A stretch of DNA of 64,000 nt. Source: Polyangiaceae bacterium. GTDB lineage: Bacteria; Myxococcota_A; Polyangia; Polyangiales; Polyangiaceae. This document shows positions 36,580 through 46,619 of this stretch, piece after piece. How positions within the stretch are numbered: position 1 is the stretch's first letter; the number at the start of each line of letters is the position of its first letter. The stretch lies in the NCBI GenBank assembly GCA_050287085.1, contig JBNKBE010000011.1, positions 1 to 64,000 on the forward strand, given 5' to 3'. The translations under genes were made by a program, and so were the position numbers. The notes under the pieces are model-generated. The model searched no databases. It was given only the letters and a program-made list of their open reading frames with translations, and was not told the origin of the DNA.

Positions 36580-37244
36580 GTGCACAACAGTATTCGTTCA
36601 TTCTTAGCGACGCTGCCTCCCCATGCGGCACGTCTGAGTTGCCTGGTGGTCATCGCTACACTGGTGACGGGCTGCCCAAGTCCCAACATGTACACCACCG
36701 CGCGGACCTTGCCCCGGGGCAAGATGGCCCATATGGTGTCGGTGGAAACCCTGGGGGCAGCGGTTGACAATAGTCAGACCGACGTCGAAGGCTCGGTCGC
36801 ACTGCCTTCGATGCCCTCGTATGAACTGCGCTACGGCGCCAGCGACAACTTCGAGCTTGACGCGAGGGTCACTCTAGGATTGACACTCGGCCTGCGTGGT
36901 AAATACAACTTCCTGCGCCAGAGGACTGTGGATCTGGCCGTTGCCCCAGGCGTCCAGTACTTTGGTATTTCCTCCAATGAAAGCGCACTGCGCGTCTTCC
37001 ACGGCAGCCTGCCGCTTCTAGTAGACAGTATTCGGTCGCGACTGGCACTGGCAGTAACGCCTTCGCTACTTCAGGGTTCATGCCACAGCTTGGAGTCGGT
37101 CTCGACCTGCGGCTTGGAGCGCTGACCCTACACCCTGAAGTCACAGCGTTGGTGCCTGTGGCCGATGATGTGGTCTCAGTACTCTACTTTGCCGGCCTCG
37201 GCTTCGTATTTGGAGCTGCGCCGAACTTCAGCGACCTGAACTAA
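36580..37244 (+). pseudogene. Frameshifted outer-membrane lipoprotein/beta-barrel gene
   Basis: AGGAGG RBS, GTG 36580, VTGC lipobox; frame changes near 37027 and continues YSVATGTG...GVGLDLRLG..LHPEVT...YFAGLGFVFGAAPNFSDLN* to 37244. Confidence 0.7.
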
Positions 37245-37421
37245 GCCGGCAGGTTTGTTGGCCCCCCAGTCTCGCGCCTGCCCGGGGGCCGGTTTAGCTT
37301 TGAGGGGTGGTCGGTCCGGAGCTACCCCACCGGTTGAGCCGAATCCTCGGTGGTGAGATCCGCTTGCGGGGGGGCAAGCACTACTCATTGGCGAACGCTG
37401 CCCTAGGATGGCTGTCAGCCC

Positions 37422-38669
37422 ATGACGTCCGCCGCACCTCCTATTGCTGTTCCGGCCCTAGAACGCCGTGTCGTATTGCTGGTCGCCGGGGTGCAATTCG
37501 TCAACATCCTCGACTTCATCATCGTAATGCCGCTCGGCCCGGACTTTGCTCGCGGGCTAGGTATCCCGGTATCAACCCTGGGTTTGATCGGGGGCAGCTA
37601 CACGCTCGCTGCGGCAGCGTCTGGCGTGGCCGGCTCGCTCTTCCTGGACCGTTTCGACCGCCGGAAGGCACTCGGCTGGGCCCTGGCCGGACTGGTCTTG
37701 GCGACACTCTCGGCCAGCCTCGCAACCGGCCTCCGCAGTCTGATGGCGGCCCGCCTGGCCGCCGGCATGTTTGGCGGACCTGCCACCTCACTGGCCATCG
37801 CCGCCGTGACGGATATCGTGCCGCCGGAGCGACGCGGTCGTGCCCTGGGAACGGTGATGGGAGCCTTTTCCGTCGCGTCCGTGCTGGGCGTGCCAGCGGG
37901 ACTTGAACTGGCGCGACTGTTTGGCTGGCGCATGCCGTTCATCTGCGTCGCCGCCCTCGGGGTCGTGGTTGCTGGACTTGCAGTGACCCTGATGCCTTCG
38001 CTCCCCCCGCCTCCTGCTCGGGCAGGCTCCGGCAACCTCCTTCGTGCAGAGCGGCAGCATGTGTTGGGCGATCCACTCGCGCGCACCGCGCTCATCATCA
38101 CCCTTCTCACTACCCTCGGCGTGTTTGCGATCGTCCCAAACATCGCGGCCTTCGTACAGTTCAATAGACACTACCCCAGAGAAGATCTTGGCATGCTCTA
38201 CCTCGTCGGGGGCACGACGAGCTTCATTGCCCTGCGCTATATCGGACGCCTCGTGGACACCTTCGGCGCGTTCCGCCTCGTCGCCGCTGGTGCCCTAGTT
38301 CACAGCATCGCCCTCTGGACCGGAATCATCCACCCCGTCGAGTCCATCGGGGTCTTGGTCTTCTTCGTGACCTACATGCTGTCGAGCAGCTTGCGTATCG
38401 TTCCGAGCAGTTCGCTCAGCACGCGCGTACCGCTGCCGACCCAGCGCGCTCGCTTCATGTCCACTCAGTCCGCGGTGCAGCATGCAGGAGCTGCGCTGGG
38501 CGCGATGTTGAGCGCATGGGTCCTGGTCGAAACCCCCAGCGGCGCCCTGGCCAACATGGACCGCGTCGCCACGGCAGCGATGTTAGTCGCGCTCCTGATC
38601 CCCCTCTTTACCTATCGCCTCGAAAAAGGCGTCCAGACCAGGGAGGCGCTCCTGCTCACGGAGGATTAG
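37422..38669 (+). CDS. MFS transporter
   Basis: About 12 TM segments, LFLDRFDRRK motif A, VPPERRGRALG. Confidence 0.93.
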   Translation: MTSAAPPIAVPALERRVVLLVAGVQFVNILDFIIVMPLGPDFARGLGIPVSTLGLIGGSYTLAAAASGVAGSLFLDRFDRRKALGWALAGLVLATLSASLATGLRSLMAARLAAGMFGGPATSLAIAAVTDIVPPERRGRALGTVMGAFSVASVLGVPAGLELARLFGWRMPFICVAALGVVVAGLAVTLMPSLPPPPARAGSGNLLRAERQHVLGDPLARTALIITLLTTLGVFAIVPNIAAFVQFNRHYPREDLGMLYLVGGTTSFIALRYIGRLVDTFGAFRLVAAGALVHSIALWTGIIHPVESIGVLVFFVTYMLSSSLRIVPSSSLSTRVPLPTQRARFMSTQSAVQHAGAALGAMLSAWVLVETPSGALANMDRVATAAMLVALLIPLFTYRLEKGVQTREALLLTED

Positions 38670-38714
38670 AGGGTCCTGGTGCATCACGCACCACCGCCAC
38701 GCGCTCACGCTTTT

Positions 38715-39656
38715 CTAAGCCGTAGGTGTCCTTGACGACGCGACAAGAGGGCTCGCTTCGCTCTCTTCGGGCGCAGGCTCACCGCCAACGGGATTAACGT
38801 CGACAGCCACGAAGAGTTGATGGCGCCCCCCCCCCAACACGACGCCCTTCAACGGGGAGACATCGCTGAAGTCGCGTCCAACTGCTGCCGTGATATGGCG
38901 TCCCTGCGGAAGCACGCCATTCGTCGGATCGAAATCGACCCAGCCACGCTGCGGAATGTAGGCGGAAAACCATGCATGACTGGCGTCAGCACCTATCAGC
39001 TTCGGCTTTCCCGGCGGAGGGAGGGTCTCCATGTAGCCCGATATGTAGCGAGCAGGAAGGCCCATGCTACGCAAACAGCCTACAGCGACGTGAGCAAAAT
39101 CCTGACACACCCCCCTGCGTTCCCTCATGACCTGAGCCAGAGGCGTGCTGATATCGGTCACATTCGACTGATACTTGAACTCCTCAAAAATGCGCCTATT
39201 GAGCTCGCAGAGACATTCCAGCAGCGAGCGACCGGGAGCAAACGTTTTCGCACAATAGTCCCGCAGCATCGAATGGCGACGCACAAGCGGTGAGTCGCAG
39301 CAGAACTCCAGCTCCGGGAAATACACCTTCGAACGGATCTGACGAGCTGCCTGATCCCAGCTTATCCCGGTTTCGAATTGGGAGACGTGCTCGAATCGAT
39401 CTTCGACGTGTACTTCGGCGTTTGCGACGACCTCGAGAACTTCGTGGTGTTGAGTGACCTCAAAATGCTCCGCCGGGTTGCCAAAATAGTCGACAAAAGC
39501 GTAGCGCTCTCTTGGTTCCGGACTGATCTCCAAAGAACGGGAAATCACTCGCTGATAGGGCAAATCGAGGACGCTCAAGTGGGCCAGGTGATGACAGTGC
39601 ATCACCGGTGCTTCGTACTCGTAGCGCGTCGAGTGACGAAAACGATAGAGCGTCAT
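38715..39656 (-). CDS. Transglutaminase-family protein with N-terminal Ig-like domain
   Basis: HSTRYEY, GVCQDFAH, SHAW, FDPTN, GRDFSDVSP. Confidence 0.93.
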   Translation of the reverse strand: MTLYRFRHSTRYEYEAPVMHCHHLAHLSVLDLPYQRVISRSLEISPEPRERYAFVDYFGNPAEHFEVTQHHEVLEVVANAEVHVEDRFEHVSQFETGISWDQAARQIRSKVYFPELEFCCDSPLVRRHSMLRDYCAKTFAPGRSLLECLCELNRRIFEEFKYQSNVTDISTPLAQVMRERRGVCQDFAHVAVGCLRSMGLPARYISGYMETLPPPGKPKLIGADASHAWFSAYIPQRGWVDFDPTNGVLPQGRHITAAVGRDFSDVSPLKGVVLGGGRHQLFVAVDVNPVGGEPAPEESEASPLVASSRTPTA

Positions 39657-42166
39657 GGCCCGACCTCCAGAGCATCATTGACCCACAGCGGCGGTGAAAC
39701 TGCGCGCATCTGCGGCGTGTGGGCCAACCACGCTCTGTTGACGTCGTCCGAAAACTGCCACAACAGGTTCGTGGCATCCTCCAACAGCTCTCGAAGGTCG
39801 TGACCGTCGCCGGCGCAGATTTCGACGACGTCAGCGGTGAGCAAGTTGCTCTCCAGTCCGATGACGCGCCGCTCGGCGCGCGACAACACAGAGTCATTGG
39901 GGCGCGGCAGACTGGCAACGTGCTCCCGCAACTTGGTGGCTTGAAACGCGACGGAACGGGGATTCGTCGCGTCGGTCAGCAGGAGGTCCACCACGGGCGC
40001 GACCTGCAATCGACTCAGGTAGCGGCTGCGGTAGGTCAAAAGGCTGTCCGCTATTTCGAGCAAGACTTCCATATGAACACGTGATGCCCCGGGCGCCAAC
40101 ATCACCTGCAACAAAGCCAACGTCTGGGCACCCCGCTCAACGCTACGCCCCATGTCCAGGAACGCCCACGCCTGGGTGCGCACCATGTTGTCGATGGTCG
40201 TTCCGCGAACGGCGCTGAGTAGCACGAGCAACTCGTCCAAAAGTGTGACCGTCTCGCCGATGACGAAGCGCTGCGATGAACCCTCGATCAGCTTTCCGAG
40301 ACGATGCAGGTTGTGCCACGCGTCCCTGGACAGTCGACTACGAGCACGAATTGCCAGCGTGTGAATGCCGCGAATCTGCCCCCTCAAATTGGATTGGGGA
40401 CCATCGTCGGTAATACCTCCGCCAAAGACCTGAGCCAGCTCACTCCGGCGCAGTCCGGCATTCCCAGCAGGAATGACTTCCTGTTGCTCGAGCACCCGCC
40501 GAATCCGCTCGAGAGCGAGTTGCCCATCCTCCCCCGCCTCGGTTGACAGTCGGTCCAGGCCGGCGCGGAGCAAGCGCGCGGTCATGTCACAGCGCTCGAT
40601 GGAGCGTCCCAGCCAATAGAGATCGTCCAGCAGTCGGCTCGGTAAGTCGACGCCACCCCGGCGCAGACTGATACGGCCGTCGGGCATTCCAACCGGCGGC
40701 GAAGAACTTACCCCCTCGGGTGCAGAAACCCAGACATCCTTGCTGAAGCCCTCTTCTTCACCGGGGAGGAAAAGGCCGTCCGGACCGGCGTTGATACGCG
40801 CAAGGCCCCCTGCCAGGGCGGTAAACGACGGACCAGAGCGCGCAATGAAAGTCCGGATGGACACCGGGCCATAACGCAGCTTTCCGTCCAATAGGACCGG
40901 AGCCACGCTGAGCTCGAAGGGTTCCTCTGCTATGAACTGCTCCGGGTGCGCCTGGATTTGCTCGGCGAGGGCGGCGCGCGGTGCCGTTGCCATCTGACCT
41001 GGCCTCTGCGCGGCCGTCTGGCGCTCCGTGAAGGCCGGCTTGATCAGAAGCTCGTCCAAATGCGCCATCACGTAGTCGTAGGAGCGTGGATCGCCCAGCC
41101 ACCAGGTTTTTACCGAGGGCAGCGTGAAGCGCTCACCCAAGAGAAACTCCGAAGCGAGCGCCAGGTAGGGACGCAGCGCTGGCGACTCGACGAGTGCGGC
41201 CCCAAGTGGGTTTACGAGCGCGACGTTGCCCGCTCGGGCCGCGTCCACGAGGCCTGGCACGCCGCGAAAAGAGCTCTTCAAGTTCAATGAATCGCAGAAC
41301 TCATCGCGCACGCGACGCACCACCACGTCCACGCGCTTGAGCCCGGACAAGGTCTTGAGAAACACACGCCGTCCACGAACAGTGAGATCCCGCCCCTCCA
41401 CCAGATCGTAGCCGAGATAACGCGTCAGATAAGCGTGTTCAAAGGAACTTTCGTCCCCAAGCCCGGGGCTGAGCAGCACGGTACGCGTGCTCGCAGAATC
41501 CTGACTGCTGAGAGAAACGAGATGGGCCCGCCACGCGTCGAAGAAGGGACGCAAGCGCTCGACGCGGTAGTCGGCAAAGAGATCCCCCAAAGCGCCCGCC
41601 ATGGCGATTCGATTCTCCATCGCATAGCCGGAGCCGGCAGGCGCTGCGCTTCGATCGGAGAAGACACAAAAGCTCCCGTTCTGGTTGCGTCCGAGATCGA
41701 ATGCGGCCATGTGAAGCTGGTGTCCGCCGGGGGGCTTCCAGCCGAAACAGGCGCGCTCGAAGCTCGGATTGCCGTACACCGCGGCGGCCGGCACAATGCC
41801 CTCTTTGAGACAACGCTGTTCGCCGTAGAGATCGGCGAATAACGCACTCAGGAGCCGTCCGCGCTGCAGAATGCCCGCCTCAATGTGCAGCCAGTCGGCG
41901 CGCGACAGCACCAAGGGAATGGGGTCTAGACGCCACGCCCGTCGCTGACCTTCCGGATCGCCGAGCAGGTTGAAAGTCACCTCCTGCTCGGCAATGTGGC
42001 GCTTGACGGTACCCTCTAGATGTCGCAGCTCATTGCGATCGATCTCCGCAAGAAATTTCCCCAGGCGCTGCTGGTGCGCCCGCACTTTGCCATCCGCCAG
42101 ATACTCGTTGTAAGCGCCTGGAGGAGGTGGCTCAGAAAGGATCGGGGGTATCTTTGCGTCGGCCAA
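39653..42166 (-). CDS. Circularly permuted ATP-grasp type 2 fused to alpha-E domain
   Basis: WRLDPIP, GYAMENR, GGLAR, SKDVWV, then LYWLGRSIER, GRSVER, NPRSV. Confidence 0.92.
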   Translation of the reverse strand: MADAKIPPILSEPPPPGAYNEYLADGKVRAHQQRLGKFLAEIDRNELRHLEGTVKRHIAEQEVTFNLLGDPEGQRRAWRLDPIPLVLSRADWLHIEAGILQRGRLLSALFADLYGEQRCLKEGIVPAAAVYGNPSFERACFGWKPPGGHQLHMAAFDLGRNQNGSFCVFSDRSAAPAGSGYAMENRIAMAGALGDLFADYRVERLRPFFDAWRAHLVSLSSQDSASTRTVLLSPGLGDESSFEHAYLTRYLGYDLVEGRDLTVRGRRVFLKTLSGLKRVDVVVRRVRDEFCDSLNLKSSFRGVPGLVDAARAGNVALVNPLGAALVESPALRPYLALASEFLLGERFTLPSVKTWWLGDPRSYDYVMAHLDELLIKPAFTERQTAAQRPGQMATAPRAALAEQIQAHPEQFIAEEPFELSVAPVLLDGKLRYGPVSIRTFIARSGPSFTALAGGLARINAGPDGLFLPGEEEGFSKDVWVSAPEGVSSSPPVGMPDGRISLRRGGVDLPSRLLDDLYWLGRSIERCDMTARLLRAGLDRLSTEAGEDGQLALERIRRVLEQQEVIPAGNAGLRRSELAQVFGGGITDDGPQSNLRGQIRGIHTLAIRARSRLSRDAWHNLHRLGKLIEGSSQRFVIGETVTLLDELLVLLSAVRGTTIDNMVRTQAWAFLDMGRSVERGAQTLALLQVMLAPGASRVHMEVLLEIADSLLTYRSRYLSRLQVAPVVDLLLTDATNPRSVAFQATKLREHVASLPRPNDSVLSRAERRVIGLESNLLTADVVEICAGDGHDLRELLEDATNLLWQFSDDVNRAWLAHTPQMRAVSPPLWVNDALEVGP

Positions 42167-42213
42167 ACTACCTCTAGGCGGCGCGTCTGAAGCGCCAACA
42201 CGACGGGGTAGCC

Positions 42214-45200
42214 TCAGGAGCGCCGCAGGTCAAGCGTCCGCGGAAAGTGCGGATGAACGTAGAGCGCACTGGGTTGAAAGCTGCCGGCCAAATGCCCACG
42301 GGCCTCGAACCGGGCGAGACGACGGCTTTCCGCCGCCGCTGCATTGACAGGGCGCTGGTCGCTCGCATTACCACCGGGATGCACCACATGATAGGTCGCA
42401 CCCGCAATGCTCCTCCGTGTCCACTGATCGTAGATGTCGAAATGAAGCGGGGAGTGGATTCCCACGGTCGGATGCAGACAGGAAGGCGGTTGCCAAGCCC
42501 GGTAGCGTATTCCAGCCACAAGTAACCCCTTCTGCTCGGTGGACTGCAATGGGACTACGAAGCCATTGCACACGACCTGGTAGCGCTCCTCGACAAAACC
42601 TTCGACCAGCACCTGCAGGCGCTCCATGGAGGAGTCCACATAGCGAGCCTGCCCCGTGGCCGTTGTTTCCTCGCCGAGCACGTTCCAGGGCTCTAGCGCC
42701 CCGCGGATTTCCATCCGCATGCTGTCGAGCGTAACCTCCCCATAGCGTGGGAAGCGGAACTCCTGATGTGGCACAAACCAGGCGGGGTCTACGTTCACGC
42801 CCCAGTCGCGCATGATGTCGACCACTCTCGTGAAGTCGGCGAGCGTATAGAAAGGCAACATGAAGTCATCATGCAGCCGCGTTCCCCAATGGATCAGCGG
42901 GCGCGTGTAGGGTTCATGAAAGAACACAGAGAGCAACGAGCGAACCAATAGCTGTTGTACAACACTCATCCGTTCGTGGGGCGGCATCTCAAAAGCGCGC
43001 ATCTCCAGAAGGCCAAGACGTCCCGAAGCACTGTCCGGAGAGTACAACTTGTCGATGCAAAACTCAGCCCGATGGGTATTGCCGGTGATGTCCACCAGCA
43101 GATGGCGAAGAATGCGATCGACAAGCCACGGCGGCGTGTAGGTACGGGGGAGCTGCAGCTTCTGAAGCGCAATCTCCAGTTCGTATACGGAATCGTCACG
43201 GGCCTCGTCCACACGCGGGGCCTGGGAGGTAGGACCGATGAAACGTCCTGAGAACAGATATGAGAGCGACGGGTGATTGTGCCAGAAGCGAATCAAACTC
43301 GCCAACACGTCGGGTCTACGCAGAAAAGGGCTATCGCCGGCGCTGAGGCTGCCCATTACGACGTGGTTGCCGCCGCCGGAACCGACGTGAGTTCCATCAA
43401 TGTCGAATTTCTCCGCCGCCAGCTTCTCAAAGCGGGCTGCCGTGTAGAGCTCTTCCGTCTGCTCTACGACAGCGCGGAATCCGACGACGGGCGGCACGTT
43501 AACCTCGATAACCCCCGGATCGGGAGTCACCTTGAAGTCGCGCAAGCGCGGATCGTAGGGAGGAGGATACCCCTCAAGCGTAACCGGTAGTTGAAGCTCG
43601 CGCGCAACTGTCTCGATGGCGCCGACCAATTCCAGCCATGCCTCCAAATCTGGCAACGGCGGCATGAAGATGCGGAGGAGTCCCCCCCGAGGCTCAACGC
43701 ATAACGCCGTACGAACGATGCCAGCCGCAGACTCCCAGGGCATGGGACGTGTGAAGGGGTCAGCGTCCGTCAGTCCCGGTCGCCGCTCATCGGTTCCGCC
43801 TTCATCTTGACCCGGGGGCACCAGCTGACGCCGCTGCATCGCGATCAGTGTAGGCGCCGGTCGCCCCGGATACTGAAAGCGCTCAGGCAGTCTGCCGCGC
43901 GGCGCAAACGGATCGACGGCCATCGCGTCGTCTCGGTCGGTGGCGAGTACCCACGGCTGAGAGTCGATCGGCAGGCGAAAGCCCATCGGTGAGTCTCCGG
44001 GGATCAGGAACAGGTGCTCTTCGCGAAGGAACCAATCGCCGCTGATCCAACCACTACCGGTATGGGCGAGCGGCAAGCACCATCCCACGGTCGTCTTGAG
44101 GCCCTGCCTGAAAACGCGGGCGATTCGCTCGCGCTCAAGCTCGTCCTCCAAGCGGGACTCAAAGACGTCGACATTGCCGGGCAGACGCCGCTCGCGCCAA
44201 AGGTAGTAGAAGATGTCCTCAAATGCAGGCGCCAAACCGTGTTGTGCCAGACCCAAGACTTCTATCAAGCGACGCGTGAAACGCTCCGCGTCCTCCGCAG
44301 AATGCCCGTAGTCGGTCTCGGGCTTACCGATGAGATCTTCATCAGACCAGACCGGCACGCCGTCAGTTCGGAAGTAGCAACAGTGCGCCCAGCGAGGCAA
44401 CTGCTCCCCTGGATACCACTTTCCCTGGCCGTGGAAGAGCACGCCACCCTTGCCCCAAAGCGGCCACAGACGGCGCATGAGGCGGTCCGCTATGGCCTCC
44501 TTGTTACCGCCCAACGCAGCGACGTTCCACTCGGGTTCATCCGGATGCTCGATGCTGACAAACGTGGGCTCGCCACCCACGGAAAGCCGCGCGTCGCCTT
44601 CCTCCAAACGCACGTCGATCTGATCGCCCAACGCCAAGATCGCCTGCCATTGCTCGTCCGTATACGGCTTGGTCACTCTCGGCTTATCGACGATACGAGT
44701 GACCTCCATGGCAAAGCCGAACTCCGTCTCGCACTCGTCGACGAGCCCCTCGACGGGACCAGCGCTTGAGGGCGAAGGTGTTGCGGCAAGAGGAATATGC
44801 CCTTCTGCCGCAAACAGACCCGAGGTTGGATCAAGCCCGATCCATCCCGCGCCCGGAACGTAGCACTCGCACCATGCGTGCAGATCCGTGAAATCGGTCT
44901 CCGGTCCAGGTGGCCCTTCAACGGGCTTCTGGTCAGGCGTCAACTGAATGAGATAGCCCGAAACAAATCGCGCAGCGATACCCAAAGACCGCAAAACATG
45001 AACAAGCAACCAAGCAGAGTCCCGACAAGAACCGCTCTTCAAGCTGAGCGTCTCCTGGGGGAGCTGGACCCCTGGTTCCATGCGAATAAGGTACTTGACG
45101 GCTCGTTCCACCGCCCGATTGACGTCGACCAGCAGATCTACGGTCCGACGAGGCGTCAAATCGAGCGTACCAATGAAACGCGTCAGCTCCTCGGAAGGCT

Positions 45201-45564
45201 CCACGATCTCCAAGTAGGGCCTGAGCTCTGCCAAGAGCGCTGGGGCATACTTGAAGGGGAACTCTTCCGCTTCCGGCTCTAGAAAGAAATCGAATGGGCT
45301 ATACGCAGCGAGATCCGCGACCAGGTCTATCGTAACGGAGAACCGCTTGGTCTTCTTCGGTACCACCACACGGGCTAGGTAGTTTCCGTGCGGATCCTGC
45401 TGCCAATTTAGAAAATGCTCAGCGGGTTCAATCTTGAGCGAATAGCGATGGACCGGCGTACGATTGTGGGGCGCAGGTCTCAGCCTGATGATGTGCGGCG
45501 ACAGCGCGACCAGGCGGTCGAAATCGTATTCCGTCTTGTGATGAAGAGCGACTCGAATTGCCAT
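42214..45564 (-). CDS. Transglutaminase fused to DUF2126 putative amidoligase
   Basis: GSCRDSAW, DLHAW, LDPTSG; GGEPTFVS, TPDPGVIEVN, GGGNH, GPTSQAPR, HPGG. Confidence 0.93.
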   Translation of the reverse strand: MAIRVALHHKTEYDFDRLVALSPHIIRLRPAPHNRTPVHRYSLKIEPAEHFLNWQQDPHGNYLARVVVPKKTKRFSVTIDLVADLAAYSPFDFFLEPEAEEFPFKYAPALLAELRPYLEIVEPSEELTRFIGTLDLTPRRTVDLLVDVNRAVERAVKYLIRMEPGVQLPQETLSLKSGSCRDSAWLLVHVLRSLGIAARFVSGYLIQLTPDQKPVEGPPGPETDFTDLHAWCECYVPGAGWIGLDPTSGLFAAEGHIPLAATPSPSSAGPVEGLVDECETEFGFAMEVTRIVDKPRVTKPYTDEQWQAILALGDQIDVRLEEGDARLSVGGEPTFVSIEHPDEPEWNVAALGGNKEAIADRLMRRLWPLWGKGGVLFHGQGKWYPGEQLPRWAHCCYFRTDGVPVWSDEDLIGKPETDYGHSAEDAERFTRRLIEVLGLAQHGLAPAFEDIFYYLWRERRLPGNVDVFESRLEDELERERIARVFRQGLKTTVGWCLPLAHTGSGWISGDWFLREEHLFLIPGDSPMGFRLPIDSQPWVLATDRDDAMAVDPFAPRGRLPERFQYPGRPAPTLIAMQRRQLVPPGQDEGGTDERRPGLTDADPFTRPMPWESAAGIVRTALCVEPRGGLLRIFMPPLPDLEAWLELVGAIETVARELQLPVTLEGYPPPYDPRLRDFKVTPDPGVIEVNVPPVVGFRAVVEQTEELYTAARFEKLAAEKFDIDGTHVGSGGGNHVVMGSLSAGDSPFLRRPDVLASLIRFWHNHPSLSYLFSGRFIGPTSQAPRVDEARDDSVYELEIALQKLQLPRTYTPPWLVDRILRHLLVDITGNTHRAEFCIDKLYSPDSASGRLGLLEMRAFEMPPHERMSVVQQLLVRSLLSVFFHEPYTRPLIHWGTRLHDDFMLPFYTLADFTRVVDIMRDWGVNVDPAWFVPHQEFRFPRYGEVTLDSMRMEIRGALEPWNVLGEETTATGQARYVDSSMERLQVLVEGFVEERYQVVCNGFVVPLQSTEQKGLLVAGIRYRAWQPPSCLHPTVGIHSPLHFDIYDQWTRRSIAGATYHVVHPGGNASDQRPVNAAAAESRRLARFEARGHLAGSFQPSALYVHPHFPRTLDLRRS

Positions 45565-45608
45565 TTGTTGCTCAGTTCTGCCCCCAACGGGGTCACAGCG
45601 TTCTGGGT

Positions 45609-46550
45609 CTAGTGTGCAAAGAATTGGGCCGCGGTGGCGTCACCAATACGGTTCAGCGACACCTGAAGCTCGTCGATATATTCGTGGAGTCCATAGTCCA
45701 TGATCTCCTCAATGCGCGCGAAACCGAGCTGCGCTTGAAGACGACCGACCAAGCGTTCGACCTCGAAGCGACAGTCGTCGGGGCGGGTACCCGTAATGGC
45801 GTGGACCGACCGCAAAGCCGTGGTGACGCAGTACAGAATTGCGCGAGGAAAGCGGCGACTAAGCAGTAGAAATCGCGCCACATCCGGAGGCGTGGGCAGG
45901 TGGTGGTCCTGTCTGTACATCTGCAGCGCACTGGCGGAATTGAGCAGCGCTACCCAGCCCAACTGGTCGGCGGCGGTTCCGACGTCGATTGGGGTCGGGA
46001 GCAACACGTAGTACTTCACGTCCAGAATCCGACTGGTCTTGTCCGCCCGCTCGAGGTTTCGGCCGAGCCTCGCGAAATGCCAAGCCTCGCCCCGGCTCAG
46101 GGTCGCGTTCGTCACCCCCTCGTAGTAGACCCCCATCAGCTTCACCCGCTGGTAGAATTCGCTCATGTCCTCGAGCGAAAAGCGCTGTCGCCCGGCCGCT
46201 TTGACCATGAGATAGAACTCATTGAGTTCCTGCCACATCTCACGTGAAATCACCTCCCGCACGGTTTGCGCGTTGTCCCGAGCCCGGGACACTGCGGAGA
46301 TCACGCTGTTGGGGTACGCCCGGTCGAAGGTCAAGAACCACGCAATGTCCCGTGCATCGTTCTGACTGTAGTTTGCTCGAAACCAGTCCTGATCGCCGGT
46401 CGTCAATACCAGCGGTTCCCATGAGTCGCGTCGCGACAGGGGCGTTTCCATGGTCAGATTGAGGTTTACGTCGACGAAGCGCGCCACATTTTCGGCGCGC
46501 TCAACATACCGACTGGTCCAGTAGATCGCTTCTGCAACGCGACTTAGCAT
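45609..46550 (-). CDS. Alpha-E domain protein (DUF403)
   Basis: MLSRVAEAIYWTSRYVERAENVAR, GRNLERADKTSRILDVK, FPRA. Confidence 0.95.
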   Translation of the reverse strand: MLSRVAEAIYWTSRYVERAENVARFVDVNLNLTMETPLSRRDSWEPLVLTTGDQDWFRANYSQNDARDIAWFLTFDRAYPNSVISAVSRARDNAQTVREVISREMWQELNEFYLMVKAAGRQRFSLEDMSEFYQRVKLMGVYYEGVTNATLSRGEAWHFARLGRNLERADKTSRILDVKYYVLLPTPIDVGTAADQLGWVALLNSASALQMYRQDHHLPTPPDVARFLLLSRRFPRAILYCVTTALRSVHAITGTRPDDCRFEVERLVGRLQAQLGFARIEEIMDYGLHEYIDELQVSLNRIGDATAAQFFAH

Positions 46551-46619
46551 TGGTATTCCTTCGCGGGTTCAAATCCCCGTGAGCCGTTACGATCGGACTT
46601 GCCGAGCAACACGACCACC

